Positions 30,536 to 41,529 of a stretch of 64,000 nucleotides of DNA are shown piece after piece (position 1 is the stretch's first letter; each line of letters begins with the position of its first letter). The notes below the pieces were generated by a model that searched no databases, was not told the origin of the DNA, and saw only the letters and a list, made by a program, of their open reading frames with translations. The stretch comes from Microgenomates bacterium OLB22 (lineage in GTDB: Bacteria > Patescibacteriota > Microgenomatia > UBA1406 > HO2-37-13b), in the NCBI GenBank assembly GCA_001567515.1, contig LLEV01000010.1:6801-70800 (forward strand). Reading direction: 5' to 3'. Made by a program: the position numbers and the translations under genes.

Positions 30536-30537
30536 AG

Positions 30538-30610
30538 GCAGCTGTGGTGTAGTGGCCAACACGTCCGTCTCCAAAACGGAAGATCGCAGGTTCGAATCCT
30601 GTCAGCTGCG
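30538..30610 (+). tRNA. tRNA-Trp(CCA)
   Basis: Cloverleaf with anticodon loop ctCCAaa. Located 2 nt after the tRNA-like gene. Confidence 0.9.
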
Positions 30611-30674
30611 TAGCCACGTCTGACGTGGCGAAGGTGTTGGCCGGCCTCCACATTTGATAGGGCCAACACAACAA

Positions 30675-30711
30675 GGGTATGTCGGTCTCATTGAGCCGGC
30701 ATACCCTTTTT
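30675..30711 (+). terminator. rho-independent terminator
   Basis: Stem gggtatgtcgg/ccggcataccc followed by T5. Confidence 0.8.
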
Positions 30712-30882
30712 ACTGCCTCAAATTAAAGTTTTTGAATACACATCTACCCTCACTCAATTATCACTAAACATTCGATGGTGATCGAAAATTGAAGATAGAG
30801 ATTAACAGATCTCTATGATTTCTAGCCATACTTCGATCCTTCAGAGATTCTGCTATACTCACTGTACTTATTTCAACACCCT

Positions 30883-32896
30883 ATGTTCAAACTTACCAGC
30901 GACTATCTACCTATCGATGAACAAGAAAAGGCGGCGCGAGGTCTTGTCAAAGGAATTGAAAAAAAATATAAAGGACCAAGTCCTGATAGGTGTAACTGGC
31001 TCAGGTAAGACCTACACGATGGCTCAAGTCATACAAAGGACTCAAAAGCCAGCTCTCATCATCTCACATAATAAGACACTTGCTGCACAGTTGTATCAAG
31101 AGATGCATGACTTCTTTCCTGATAATGCTGTCACCTACTTCGTATCATATTATGATTATTATCAGCCAGAGGCATATATCCCCTCCACTGATACCTATAT
31201 TGAAAAGGAGGCACAGATCAATGACCAGATAGACAAGCTGCGATTGAGAGCTACTACCGATCTCCTGACACGCGATGATGTGATCGTCGTAGCATCAGTG
31301 TCTTGCATTTACAATATTGGCTCTCCCAAAGAGTATGGCAACTTTACAATCGATCTTTCTGTAGGGAAAGACTATACACTTGCAGCATGTGCGCAAGATC
31401 TCGTAGCTCTGCAGTATGATCGTAGTGAATTTGATTTTAAGCGAGGTACCTTTCGTGTCCGCGGAAATAGGATCGATGTATATCCTGCATACCATGATAT
31501 AGGTATCAGGATCGAATTTGATCATGAAAAAATTGCTTCATTGGAGACTATAGACCCTCTTAGTGGGAAACATATCGAGGACTTAACAGCATACATATTG
31601 TATCCAAGTAAGCACTATCTCATCGCCCCCGATGCATTTGCAAGGGCGGAGCAACAAATACAAAAGGACCTGCTTGAGGAATCCGAAGAACTCAAGTCTC
31701 AGGGTAAGGACATCGAGGCTAGACGGCTTATCCAGCGAGTTACTCATGATATGGAAATGCTTCGGGAGATAGGATATGTCAACGGCATAGAAAATTACTC
31801 GCGCTACTTTGATGGTAGAGAGCCTGGGGCAACACCGTTTAGCCTCTTACATTATTTCCGCCATCGCTTCGGTCATGATTGGACAGTCTTTATTGATGAA
31901 TCGCACATCACAGTCCCCCAAGTACATGGTATGTACAACGGCGATTATGCTCGAAAGAAAGTACTGATTGAGCACGGCTTTCGTCTGAAGGCTTCTTTTG
32001 ATAATAGACCCATGAAGTTTGATGAGTTTTATGCTGCTATCCCTCATGCTGTATATATCTCCGCGACCCCAGCTGATTGGGAATTGGAAAAGGCCGGTGA
32101 CAATACAGTGGAGCAACTAGTTAGACCGACAGGGATCGTCGATCCGGAAATCATGGTACGGCCAACCGACAATGAGGTACATGATGTAATTGAGGAGATT
32201 GCTACGAGGGCTCAGAAAGGGGAACGAACACTTGTCACAACGTTGACAAAGAAAATGGCTGAGGACCTAACGGCTTATTTACAGGAAAGGGCTATCAAAG
32301 CTGCCTATCTGCATTCCGATGTCAAGACGCTTACCCGCTCATCAATCCTGCAAAAGCTTCGTAATCAGGAGTACGATGTGCTAATTGGTGTTAACCTACT
32401 GCGTGAAGGTCTTGACCTGCCAGAAGTAACACTGGTCGCCATTTTAGATGCTGACAAGGAAGGATTTTTGAGATCCCGAACTTCGCTAATCCAGACTATG
32501 GGAAGAGCAGCGCGTAATGTAAATGGAGTAGTGATTCTCTATGCAGATAAGATAACAAACTCAATGAAGCTCGCGATCGATGAAGTCACTCGTCGCCGCG
32601 AGTATCAACTTACATACAACAAAAAGCACAATATCACTCCACAAACAATCATAAAAAAGATCAGAGATCCACTTCTTCCGACTCCCTCTGATGAGCTTGA
32701 TGAGCAGAAGGCTCCAGACGTGCTTACACTAGAGCGCCGACTCGATGAGATAGATACTAATACGATGACTAGCTATGACAGGACTAAACTTGTTAAGCAG
32801 CTTGAGCGTCAACTCAGGTCCTATGTTGATGATCTCAATTTTGAAGCAGCTATACTGGTACGAGATAAGATAAAAGAATTTGAAGGATATCGGTAA
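30883..32896 (+). CDS. uvrB: excinuclease ABC subunit B, N-terminus offset by a frameshift in A8 (30959-30966)
   Basis: MFKLTSDYLPIDEQEKAA... (the UvrB N-terminus) is in another frame and joins ...IKDQVLIGVTGSGKT across the A run. Helicase motifs and a C-terminal UVR domain are present. Confidence 0.93.
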
Positions 32897-33536
32897 AGAG
32901 ACTGAAACCAGATAAAAGAGTGCTTAAAAAGAAAAGGTAGGGGAGAGAGCCGTAGCCCCCTCCCCTACACCCCCCACGGGTCGCCCCGGATAATGGGTGT
33001 GTAAGAAGTGAAGTTGGAGCGCTAGCTCACTAGAAGTGTCTTCTAGGATTTCCTCACAACTTCGGTTGCTCCTCCATGCTCACGCTCCCCAGAGGGCGGA
33101 GTGTGGTGTGGACAGCCACACTCCGCCCTATCAAAGGGGAAACAACAGCCGTGACCCCCCACTGCTGTAGCTCCAAAGTGTGACAAACATTAGTGTAAAA
33201 TGCGATGCAACTAGCGGTAGTATATTCCTGGGGTTGCAGAATTGCAAGAGAATGTTCTATGAAGTATCGATAAACAATATTCAATATTCATTGCATTATG
33301 TATATTGAATATTTCAGTCCCTCCGATCTTGACTTATAACAAAAATATAGTACACTATGGGCAATCCGTATAAAAGCATATACGGTACCTACAAACCCGC
33401 GTGGGGAGACCCACGCGGGCACGTAACTTGAGCCATACTTAGATTGCTATACGCCGATCACTACTGCGGACTGGATTGGTCGATGCGCAAGTGCACGTCA
33501 TTCAGTCCTTCTTTGTTTATACTAAGATTACTATTC

Positions 33537-34217
33537 ATGCTCTATATCATACCGACACCGATAGGAAGTCTCAGCGAATTGTCACCACAAATATATGAAC
33601 TGTTGACAAATGTCAGCTATATAGCATGTGAAGATCCTCGCTCTTTGCAGCGACTTCTAACAACTCTTTCTATTACTTCACAAGCTAAGATCCTCCACAT
33701 TCACCAGAAAAATGAATTTGAGCAGCTCCCTTTCCTTATTTCTCTTCTTGAGAGGGGTGAGGCAATCGCGTTGATGAGTGATGCGGGACTGCCAGGATTA
33801 CAAGACCCAGGTATGCTACTGATCCACCAATGTGCGATGAAAGGTCTCCCATACTCGGTCATACCGGGCCCCAGTGCTATCACAACAGCCGTAGTAGCAG
33901 CTGGAATTCACTTTGACTCTTTTTCCTTTAGTGGCTACTTTCCACGAAAAGATGGTGACAAGGCACGGCTGTTAGCTCAATATAGTAACATCAAGGGGAA
34001 ACATCTTCTCGTCTTTTTTGAGTCGCCACATCGCATTAAACATACGCTTGGTTGGTTTAATGATATGTATCCATTTGCAGAGCTCATAGTTTGTCGTGAA
34101 TTAGGTAAACTGCATGAACACGTACACCGCGGATCTGTCACAGAGTTGCAAAAGCAGGATTATAAAGGAGAAATGACAATAGTTCTTTCCATCTCAAGTC
34201 TAACTCAGAACTCTTGA
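33537..34217 (+). CDS. rsmI: 16S rRNA (cytidine1402-2'-O)-methyltransferase RsmI
   Basis: MLYIIPTPIGSL, ACEDPR, SDAGLPGLQDPG and IPGPSA motifs of the tetrapyrrole-methylase-fold RsmI. Confidence 0.85.
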   Translation: MLYIIPTPIGSLSELSPQIYELLTNVSYIACEDPRSLQRLLTTLSITSQAKILHIHQKNEFEQLPFLISLLERGEAIALMSDAGLPGLQDPGMLLIHQCAMKGLPYSVIPGPSAITTAVVAAGIHFDSFSFSGYFPRKDGDKARLLAQYSNIKGKHLLVFFESPHRIKHTLGWFNDMYPFAELIVCRELGKLHEHVHRGSVTELQKQDYKGEMTIVLSISSLTQNS

Positions 34218-34248
34218 CATCCCATAATATATAGAGTATACTATAGCC

Positions 34249-34435
34249 AGTAATACCTTGTGCGGAAGCATATTGTTACGTAGCCAGTAGTGCGGTGGTG
34301 GCCCTGCATCCCCGGCACCGTTAGGCTTAAATAATGACTTGATAAAGTCCTAAGCCCTGGTGCCCAAAACAGGCCCGCACGACCCTGGCCGGTCAAGTCA
34401 TACTGCTGATCACAGTGTGGCTTGACCATTTTTTT
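34249..34435 (+). ncRNA. candidate ~187-nt structured sRNA of unknown class
   Basis: Consensus promoter TTGACA (34214-34219), 17-nt spacer, TATACT (34237-34242). Imperfect long hairpin (gccag-gtgcgg...ggcacc/ggtgcc...cccgcac-ctggc). Terminator ggtcaag/cttgacc followed by T7. Confidence 0.5.
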
Positions 34436-34669
34436 GCTTAAATCTTGTTTTTTGTCCCAATTTGATCTGAGCAATGTTAATGACATATGGTCGAAAGCTT
34501 GCTGCCCTGTGCAGAATCATGAGCTAATCGCGAAAATGTATAGTTTAGTATCCTCGTTGTCTTTACTTTTAGATCCTAAATTGTACTAAGTAGACACCAT
34601 GCAGATGACCAATTCAGTAGGTATGTCTTTTCTTGATTTCCACGGCTTTTCACTGTAGTCTCAATAGAT

Positions 34670-35572
34670 ATGTACGACATCATCACTATTGGAGATGTAG
34701 CAGTAGACCTGTACTTTAAAGGAACAGACCTTCCAGAGGAAAGAGATACTTTTCAACTAGCTATTGGCGGTAAATATCAAGTCCAAGAGGTACATACTGG
34801 TATCGGTGGTTGTGGGGCTAATGTTGCTTTTGGATTGAGCAAATTTGGTCTGGAAGCAGCGGTATGTTCCTTGGTCGGTGAGAATAGTTTTAAACAACTC
34901 ATCATGCAGCAACTATTAGCTTATTCCGTCTCTACAGAGTTTGTCAAATTCATCCCTGATTATCTTAACATATCGACTATACTTCTCTCTTCAACTGGTG
35001 AGAGGACTATCATACATTATCCATCACCAGAGGCCTCACTTGAGATTGATGGCATGATGCTTGATCATATGGCTCAGGCTACGTGGGTGTACATTGGCCA
35101 TACCCCAAACTTACATCACGAGGAGAAAGCAGCTTTGATAACTTTTTTTCGAGATCATGATGTCTCTGTCGCGTGCGGTCTTGGGTTACATGATCTTCAA
35201 AATAGAGAGAGCGCTATGGCCCTTACCAAGAAAGCCAATATTAGTTTTATGAACCTAGAGGAGTATGCTGCGCTCATAAATAAAGATTCAAAAAATATTG
35301 ACCTTGAAAAGGACCTGCGTAGGGAGCTTTCTCTTGATGAGCCACTGCTGGTGATAACTGAAGGTCGTGAGGGGAGTCATCTTTATGGCAAAGATGGTAT
35401 TCATCATCTTAAGGCCAAAGATGTTGGAACTATTGTCGATAGTACAGGTGCCGGTGATGCCTATGTAGCTGGTTTTCTCGCTTCTTATACGAAAGGAGGA
35501 TCTGTAGAAGAGGCTATGGAAAGCGCAACAGAATATGCCTCTCAGATCTTAAAAAGGCTAGGAACACACTAA
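34670..35572 (+). CDS. PfkB-family carbohydrate kinase (ribokinase-like)
   Basis: N-terminal GG motif and C-terminal DSTGAGDAYVAGF. Confidence 0.8.
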   Translation: MYDIITIGDVAVDLYFKGTDLPEERDTFQLAIGGKYQVQEVHTGIGGCGANVAFGLSKFGLEAAVCSLVGENSFKQLIMQQLLAYSVSTEFVKFIPDYLNISTILLSSTGERTIIHYPSPEASLEIDGMMLDHMAQATWVYIGHTPNLHHEEKAALITFFRDHDVSVACGLGLHDLQNRESAMALTKKANISFMNLEEYAALINKDSKNIDLEKDLRRELSLDEPLLVITEGREGSHLYGKDGIHHLKAKDVGTIVDSTGAGDAYVAGFLASYTKGGSVEEAMESATEYASQILKRLGTH

Positions 35573-35654
35573 AATCCCTGAAGGATTATTTTGATTAATC
35601 AATATCGGATAATACGATGGCAACGATTCATTAGTTATAGTCCGCGTGTACACT

Positions 35655-37322
35655 TCATATCATACCGCTTCCCTTTTGAAAGTAGGCTGCTACTTCACTC
35701 AATAAGTTTCTGCCGGTCATCTCATATGGTTTTGATATCTCCATAGCGCTCAAAATGGTAGGTGCAATATCGGCCAATATTCCTCCTTGCAGTGTCACTG
35801 GATGGCCCTGTAACTCCTGGGCTATAACAAGTAGAGGAACTGGGTTATCTGTATGCTCTGTCCGCACCTCTCCTGTGCTCTTATCTATCATCTCCTCAGC
35901 GTTACCGTGGTCAGCTGTAATTAGTACGAGATAGTTAAGCTTTAGAGCGGCCGGAATGATATGCGACAAACAGATATCCAGAGTCTTGATAGCAGCTTTA
36001 GCCGCAGAGATGTTACCTGTATGCCCGACCATGTCCGCATTTGCAAAGTTAGTTAGTATAAATCTGTAATGTTGCTTGTACAGCGCTTGAACAATAGCTT
36101 TTGTGATGCCTGGGGCTGACATTTGTGGTTCAAGGTCGTACGTAGCGACAGCAGGCGATGGGACTATAAGGCGATCCTCACGAGGAAAAGGCTGCTCACG
36201 CAGACCATTGAAATAATAGGTGACAAAGCGCTCTTTTTCACTCTCTGCTATTCGCAATTGCGAAATACCTTTCTCAGAAAGTACCTTCCCGAGTGGGTTT
36301 TTTACAATATGGGGAGGAAATGCAACATCAACGGGTAGATCTCGCTCATATTCAGTCATAGTGACAAATGATAGATTTCTTAGGATAACCTGTCTTCTAA
36401 ATAGTGGTTCAGTTGAGCTTGTATCTGTCTCTTGAAGGATATGTTTTCTTAAATACTTTGTGGCAAAGGGGTCATATCCTGTTTCGTTTCCTCTCGCTTC
36501 AAAATCAGGAAGGACAAAAGCCTTAGTAAGTTGGCGTGGACGATCGATGCGAAAGTTAAAAAAGATCACGCTATCTCCATCTTGCACGGTTATGATAGAG
36601 CCATCATCTAGGCGCAAAGATGTGGGAAGAATAAACTCATCATAGATCTTTTGCTCATATGACTTACTGACCACCTCTTGCCATGACGCTGCTGGCTGCT
36701 GACTGCCTTTGGTGAGCATGTCGTATGCCTTCTGGGTGCGACTCCATCGCCTGTCCCGATCCATACCATAATACCTCCCCATGATTGAGCAAATGCGCCC
36801 CACACCAAGCGATCTGATCACTTCATCCAATTTAGCCAGATACTGAGCAGAAGTCTGAGGCGGGGAATCTCTCCCATCGGTAATGACGTGGATTGCCACC
36901 TTTTCTACTTCCTGTTGTTTACAGAGGCGGAGCAATGCATAAAGGTGATCAACACTGGCATGTACGTGTTGTGATCCTACGAGCCCTACCAGATGGACCA
37001 CACGGCCGGTCTGCTTAGCTGAGTGAATACTTTTTAATAGTACTTCATTCGAAAAAAAACTACCATCAGCGATGCTCATGTTGATACGTGGAAGACTCTG
37101 ATAGACTATCATCCCTGCCCCCATATTGATGTGCCCTACCTCGGTATTACCCGACTCGCCGGCAGGCAGTCCTACATCCTCCCCTGAAGCACGCAGTTGA
37201 GTAGAAGGAAATTGGCCCACCAGTTGCTTTAGATAGGCAGGATCAGCCCCTGCTATAGCATTGCCAGGCCCAGGAGGGCCGATACCAAAGCCGTCTAGGA
37301 CAATGAGCAGGACTGGTTTCAT
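35655..37322 (-). CDS. gpmI: 2,3-bisphosphoglycerate-independent phosphoglycerate mutase
   Basis: LIVLDGFGIG, GNTEVGH and ITADHGNAE motifs. About 555 aa. Confidence 0.93.
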   Translation of the reverse strand: MKPVLLIVLDGFGIGPPGPGNAIAGADPAYLKQLVGQFPSTQLRASGEDVGLPAGESGNTEVGHINMGAGMIVYQSLPRINMSIADGSFFSNEVLLKSIHSAKQTGRVVHLVGLVGSQHVHASVDHLYALLRLCKQQEVEKVAIHVITDGRDSPPQTSAQYLAKLDEVIRSLGVGRICSIMGRYYGMDRDRRWSRTQKAYDMLTKGSQQPAASWQEVVSKSYEQKIYDEFILPTSLRLDDGSIITVQDGDSVIFFNFRIDRPRQLTKAFVLPDFEARGNETGYDPFATKYLRKHILQETDTSSTEPLFRRQVILRNLSFVTMTEYERDLPVDVAFPPHIVKNPLGKVLSEKGISQLRIAESEKERFVTYYFNGLREQPFPREDRLIVPSPAVATYDLEPQMSAPGITKAIVQALYKQHYRFILTNFANADMVGHTGNISAAKAAIKTLDICLSHIIPAALKLNYLVLITADHGNAEEMIDKSTGEVRTEHTDNPVPLLVIAQELQGHPVTLQGGILADIAPTILSAMEISKPYEMTGRNLLSEVAAYFQKGSGMI

Positions 37323-37367
37323 ACATCTATTATGCATGAAGTACAGGAACAAAAAAAAGGGCAGTTG

Positions 37368-37658
37368 TTACTGCCCTTTGGAGTCGCCCTCTAGCTCGGT
37401 CTTAGGCTCCAGTCCAGACCCGCCGCAATGATCACAAGTGGTCTCAACATTTACACCAAAGAAATCAACGATCACAGTACCACAGCCATAGCACTCAATA
37501 CATGCATTGGGACTATTGACCAGCCCTGTACCATAACATTGAGAGCAATCAACTTCGGCCTTAAAACCGCCCATGTCAGCGATGACTGTACCACTCCCGT
37601 TGCAGTCGCTACAGCGATCACCGGTCAGCTCAGGATGCACATCGGGTCTTCGAGCCAT
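37368..37658 (-). CDS. stand-alone DnaJ-type zinc-finger miniprotein (4x CxxCxGxG)
   Basis: CSDCNGSG, CSQCYGTG, CIECYGCG and CDHCGGSG repeats in 96 aa. Confidence 0.7.
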   Translation of the reverse strand: MARRPDVHPELTGDRCSDCNGSGTVIADMGGFKAEVDCSQCYGTGLVNSPNACIECYGCGTVIVDFFGVNVETTCDHCGGSGLEPKTELEGDSKGQ

Positions 37659-38017
37659 AGTAATACCTCCTTAACGTGGGATTAGAGCTTCATTATAGCA
37701 TATACAAAACTTTTTTCAACTCCAATCATGACGTCCTTGGCGAAATTGTAGCGCGAGAGATCTAACCCTACTCGTCACTCCGGGCTTGCCGCGCCCTGCA
37801 ATGCCATAGGCGACGTGGGGATCCGGTATCCAGAAAACAAAAGGGGTATGAAATCCTGAATCTAGTCTTCGACCGTGAGCTTTCGGAGTAAGCTCGGCCA
37901 GACGCTCAGACTGAATCGGTTCAGGCTGACGTAGTGGCAGAGCCTGGATTCCCGCCGGAGATTATCCTGATGAAGATCAGTGCTGAAATGACAAGATAGT
38001 GAGTATTTTTAAAATTG

Positions 38018-38050
38018 GGATTTTGATATTGAGTCTTGTTTAGAATTTAG
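38018..38050 (+). repeat. AT-rich dispersed repeat core (ggattttgatattg-N6-gtttagaatttag)
   Basis: Both blocks recur, collinear and inverted, inside 23S at 54101-54133. tagaatttag also occurs near 49655 and 51812. Confidence 0.75.
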
Positions 38051-38129
38051 CAATTAGGATTTAAAGTTTTATACTCTGGCTTTGAGTTTTTAGTTTTGAT
38101 ATTTGAATTTCTATGTATACTGATATCAT

Positions 38130-40111
38130 ATGCATCAATCTATTCGGTGGCTGGAGGAGCTAGATAGTACTGATGCTTCCTCTGTAGGGGGAAAAGCGGC
38201 CCACTACGGGGATCTACTCAATGCTGGGATCCCTATCCCCTATGGCTTTGTTATTACAAGGAACGTTTTCGAGGACCTATGCCATAAACATAACATAGGC
38301 GCATTGTTTGCCAGTAGGTCAAGGCAGATAGATAAAGAAGAAGTGATCATCTCTAACCTCATCAGCACACTCCCACTCGATCACTATGTCATGGGTGCGG
38401 TTGCGGCTGCTTATCATGAGCTCCCTAAGAGGGCTAAGGCATATGTTCATCGAAAGAAGATGTCTACAATTCACGCCTTTACAGGGCTGTATCGCCTATA
38501 TCCGGTTGAGGTTGAGTTATCGGCGAATGCATATATGCCTCATTCCTCACAACAATCAGTGACAGTGCACGGTGAAAATGCGTTGTTTCATACGATTAGG
38601 GCTCAGTGGAGTAGCTTACTGCGTAGGTATCTGTTAGACCGACCGGCAGGATCATACCAGCAGATGCTTGCAGAGGCGGGTAGCATTATAGTGAGACAGG
38701 CAATAAGCCTGATATAGAGGGTATAGCCTATCCAGATAGTTACGATAAAAATATCCTAGTAGTTACAAGTAGTGATGGAGACGAGTCTTGTCGAATTTTT
38801 CTCCCTACATTGGAGATACAAACTCCAGTGCCAAGTAGTCTCACCCACAAGATACCCAACAAATTTCTTTTGGAGGTAGCAGCCCTATATAGAAAAATTG
38901 TTAGACTAAAGTACTTCCCGCAGCAGGTGACTTGGGCTATATGCGACGATGAGGTATATGTAATGGATGTCATATATCATGATACTACTGAGCTGCCAAG
39001 TGGCAAGAAGAACGAGGTGCCGGATCTACGATCTCCTATCCTTGCTCGGGGTAAAGCTATGCTACCAGGAGTAGTTGTAGGTGCCGTTTGCCTAGCAGGT
39101 AGAGGAGATGACGCTAAACCTGGGAGCATTATAGTTTCTCGCAACTGTTTATCACTGCCACATAACTTCTTGAAAAGAGCTAGTGGTCTCATACTTGAGG
39201 AAGATTCCCCTACAGTAAGCCATTTTATCGCCTCGTTGCCACATGCCATACCCGTCATCGTGGGGGCATCACATGCAACATCATTACTCTCTAAAGTCCA
39301 TACTATTCGAATGGATGGTATAAGTGGAGTGGTCTACCGTGTAGAACCTCAAACATCTACCAAGACATATGAGCAAGCACATACGAGCAGTATTAAGAAT
39401 GCTGTTAGTGTCTACCAATGGGTGGAAAGCACAAGAGATCTTAGGAGAGTAAAAGCATCCTCCGTTGATGGAATCGTCCTTGATGGACAGGCACTAGTTC
39501 GGGAGCTTGAAGTTGAACATATCAGTATCATGCAAAAGAAGAGTACCTACTCAGCATATATTGAGAAAATAGTTCATAAGTCCGCTAGCGATGTGTTTCC
39601 AAAGCCACTTATATTTGTGGCCTCCCCGACTTCAGGTATCAGCATTTTTACAACCGTAGCAGATGACGCGAAGGCTCACATCTGGGATATTGAGTTGGAG
39701 GCTTTGAGACGAGTTCAGGCGGCTGGGATGACAAATGTGGAGATCGCACCACCTGAGAGTGAGCTTGTGAGAAGTAGCAGCATCTATAATCAGTGGTTGG
39801 TAGTCAATACACCAGCTACAGCGCATACTTTGGCCTACTCTGACGACTTTAGTTATAAAGGTGCGATTATTAGCATAGATGAGATATATCTGCTAATACG
39901 AGGGCTTACTGATTTTGCTCATAATGGTACCTTGCCATCATACGACAAGACTACTGAAGCTTTTATCCAAGGAGTTCTTCGTCATGCCCAAGACAGGTCT
40001 ATCTCAACTATCCTTTTGAGTAAGCATATACCTTTATCCGAAGCACTACTGGCAGATGCTGTAACGTATCAGACAAAGGCGGTAGCATTGCCCATGACAT
40101 CACGTTTTTGA
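38130..40111 (+). CDS. PEP synthase / pyruvate,water dikinase-like enzyme, interrupted by a frameshift near 38694-38715
   Basis: N-terminal ATP-grasp (SVGGKAAHYGDL...IPYGFVIT), a mobile His domain (TVSHFIAS...IPVIVG) and a C-terminal barrel. The ORFs join after a frame shift. Confidence 0.7.
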
Positions 40112-40149
40112 GGAAACTGTGCGAAAGTTACACAATTTGCAACATCATC

Positions 40150-41452
40150 ATGCCTAAGATCAGTAAAATCATGGCCCACGAGATCATTGATAGTCGCGGT
40201 GTTCCTACGATCCGGGCTTACCTCGGGATGGATACCGGTAGATACGTCAAGGCTGAGATACCATCTGGTAAAGCGCTTTCGAAGTATGAACCACAAGAAA
40301 TCAGAGATGGTGATCCGGCTCGCTATGAGGGCCAAGGTGTTCAGGTTGCGCTGCGCTATATCAACGATCTTATCGGCCCGAAATTGATTGGGGCGTCTGT
40401 AGATCGCATCCACGAGATAGATAAGTGGTTGCTGGAGGCTGATGGGACTGAAAATAGATCAAAGCTGGGATCAAATACGATCTTGGCCATTAGTTTGTTA
40501 TTACTAAAGGCAGGAGCAAAGGATGCTGGGGTACCAGTCTATGTCTACATTAATCAGCTTTATAAAAGTAGGCATGAAGAGGCCCCAGTCATACAAAACA
40601 TCCCCGCCCCTATCGTTAATCTCATAAATGGAGGCTCGCATGGCTCTAAAACCCTTGATTTTCAAGAGTTTCATATCATCCCTTCGACTTCACTTTCATT
40701 TGCTAAGGCGCTCGAGCACTCTGTAGCAATCTATCAGAACATACAGCATGTGCTGGAATATCGTAATGTAGGGACTTTTTCTCTCGCAACAGGGCGGTTT
40801 TACCCCTCAGCTACTAACAAACATTGATGCTTGTGAGGTCATCAAAGAAGCTGTCGTGAAGCAAAAATCTAGGTTGGGAGTTGATATTTTTATGGGACTT
40901 GATTGTGCCGCAAACAATTTTTATAAAGACGGAAAATATGTGATCAAGGATAGTCCTCAGCCTGTGGATGTAGCAGAGCTTTTGGCACTGCTAAAGAAAA
41001 TGACGGATGAGTATCACCTGCTTGTTATTGAGGACCCAGTATATGAAGATAATTTTCAGGATTGGAAGTCGGCCATGGAGCTGCTTGGAAGACAATGTTA
41101 CATCGCAGGCGACGACCTCATCTCAGGAAACAGGAAGCGTCTTGAGATGGCAGTCAACAAAGGTTCATGTAACACAGTCGTCATCAAAGCAAATCATTTT
41201 GCTACTGTTACAGAGCTGATAGATGTAATTCCCCTCTTGAAGAAGCAAAACATCAAGATCGTGCTCTCGCAACGGTACGGAGAGACGAATGACACAATCT
41301 TGGCAGATATTGCTGTGGGCCTTCAAGCTGATTTTGTAAAGTTCGGTTCACCTAATAGAGGTGAGCGTGTGGCTAAGTACAATAGACTTCTGGAGATAGA
41401 ACATACAATGAAAAATGAAGTAGAAACACCTGTTGAACCAACCGAGAGTTGA
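40150..41452 (+). CDS. eno: enolase, interrupted by a frameshift between about 40770 and 40795
   Basis: ISKIMAHEIIDSRGVPTI N-terminus. The GGFTPQL...IDACEVIKEAV stretch continues in the next frame into DIFMGLDCAA and SQRYGET. Confidence 0.9.
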
Positions 41453-41529
41453 GAAAGGGACAATGATCATGAGCCAAGTTTCAATGAATGTTCAAAGGAC
41501 GTTGATACATGTCAAATTAAGATTGACAC

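Noticed and set aside
34241-34486. The structured region after rsmI was considered as SRP (4.5S) RNA or RNase P RNA. The segment ggtgccggggatgcagggccaccacc superficially resembles the E. coli 4.5S 3' strand.
   Set aside because: No GGAAGCAGC/GGAA tetraloop domain IV motif and no GAGGAAAGUCC P4 motif on either strand. The promoter and terminator orientation favours the plus strand. Kept only as an sRNA of unknown class.
37990-38110. AT-rich repetitive blocks here, and also at 49600-49690, 51780-51830 and 54090-54190, were considered as CRISPR arrays.
   Set aside because: No regular repeat-spacer periodicity, repeats shorter than 15 nt and imperfect, and no cas genes. Treated as a dispersed repeat family.
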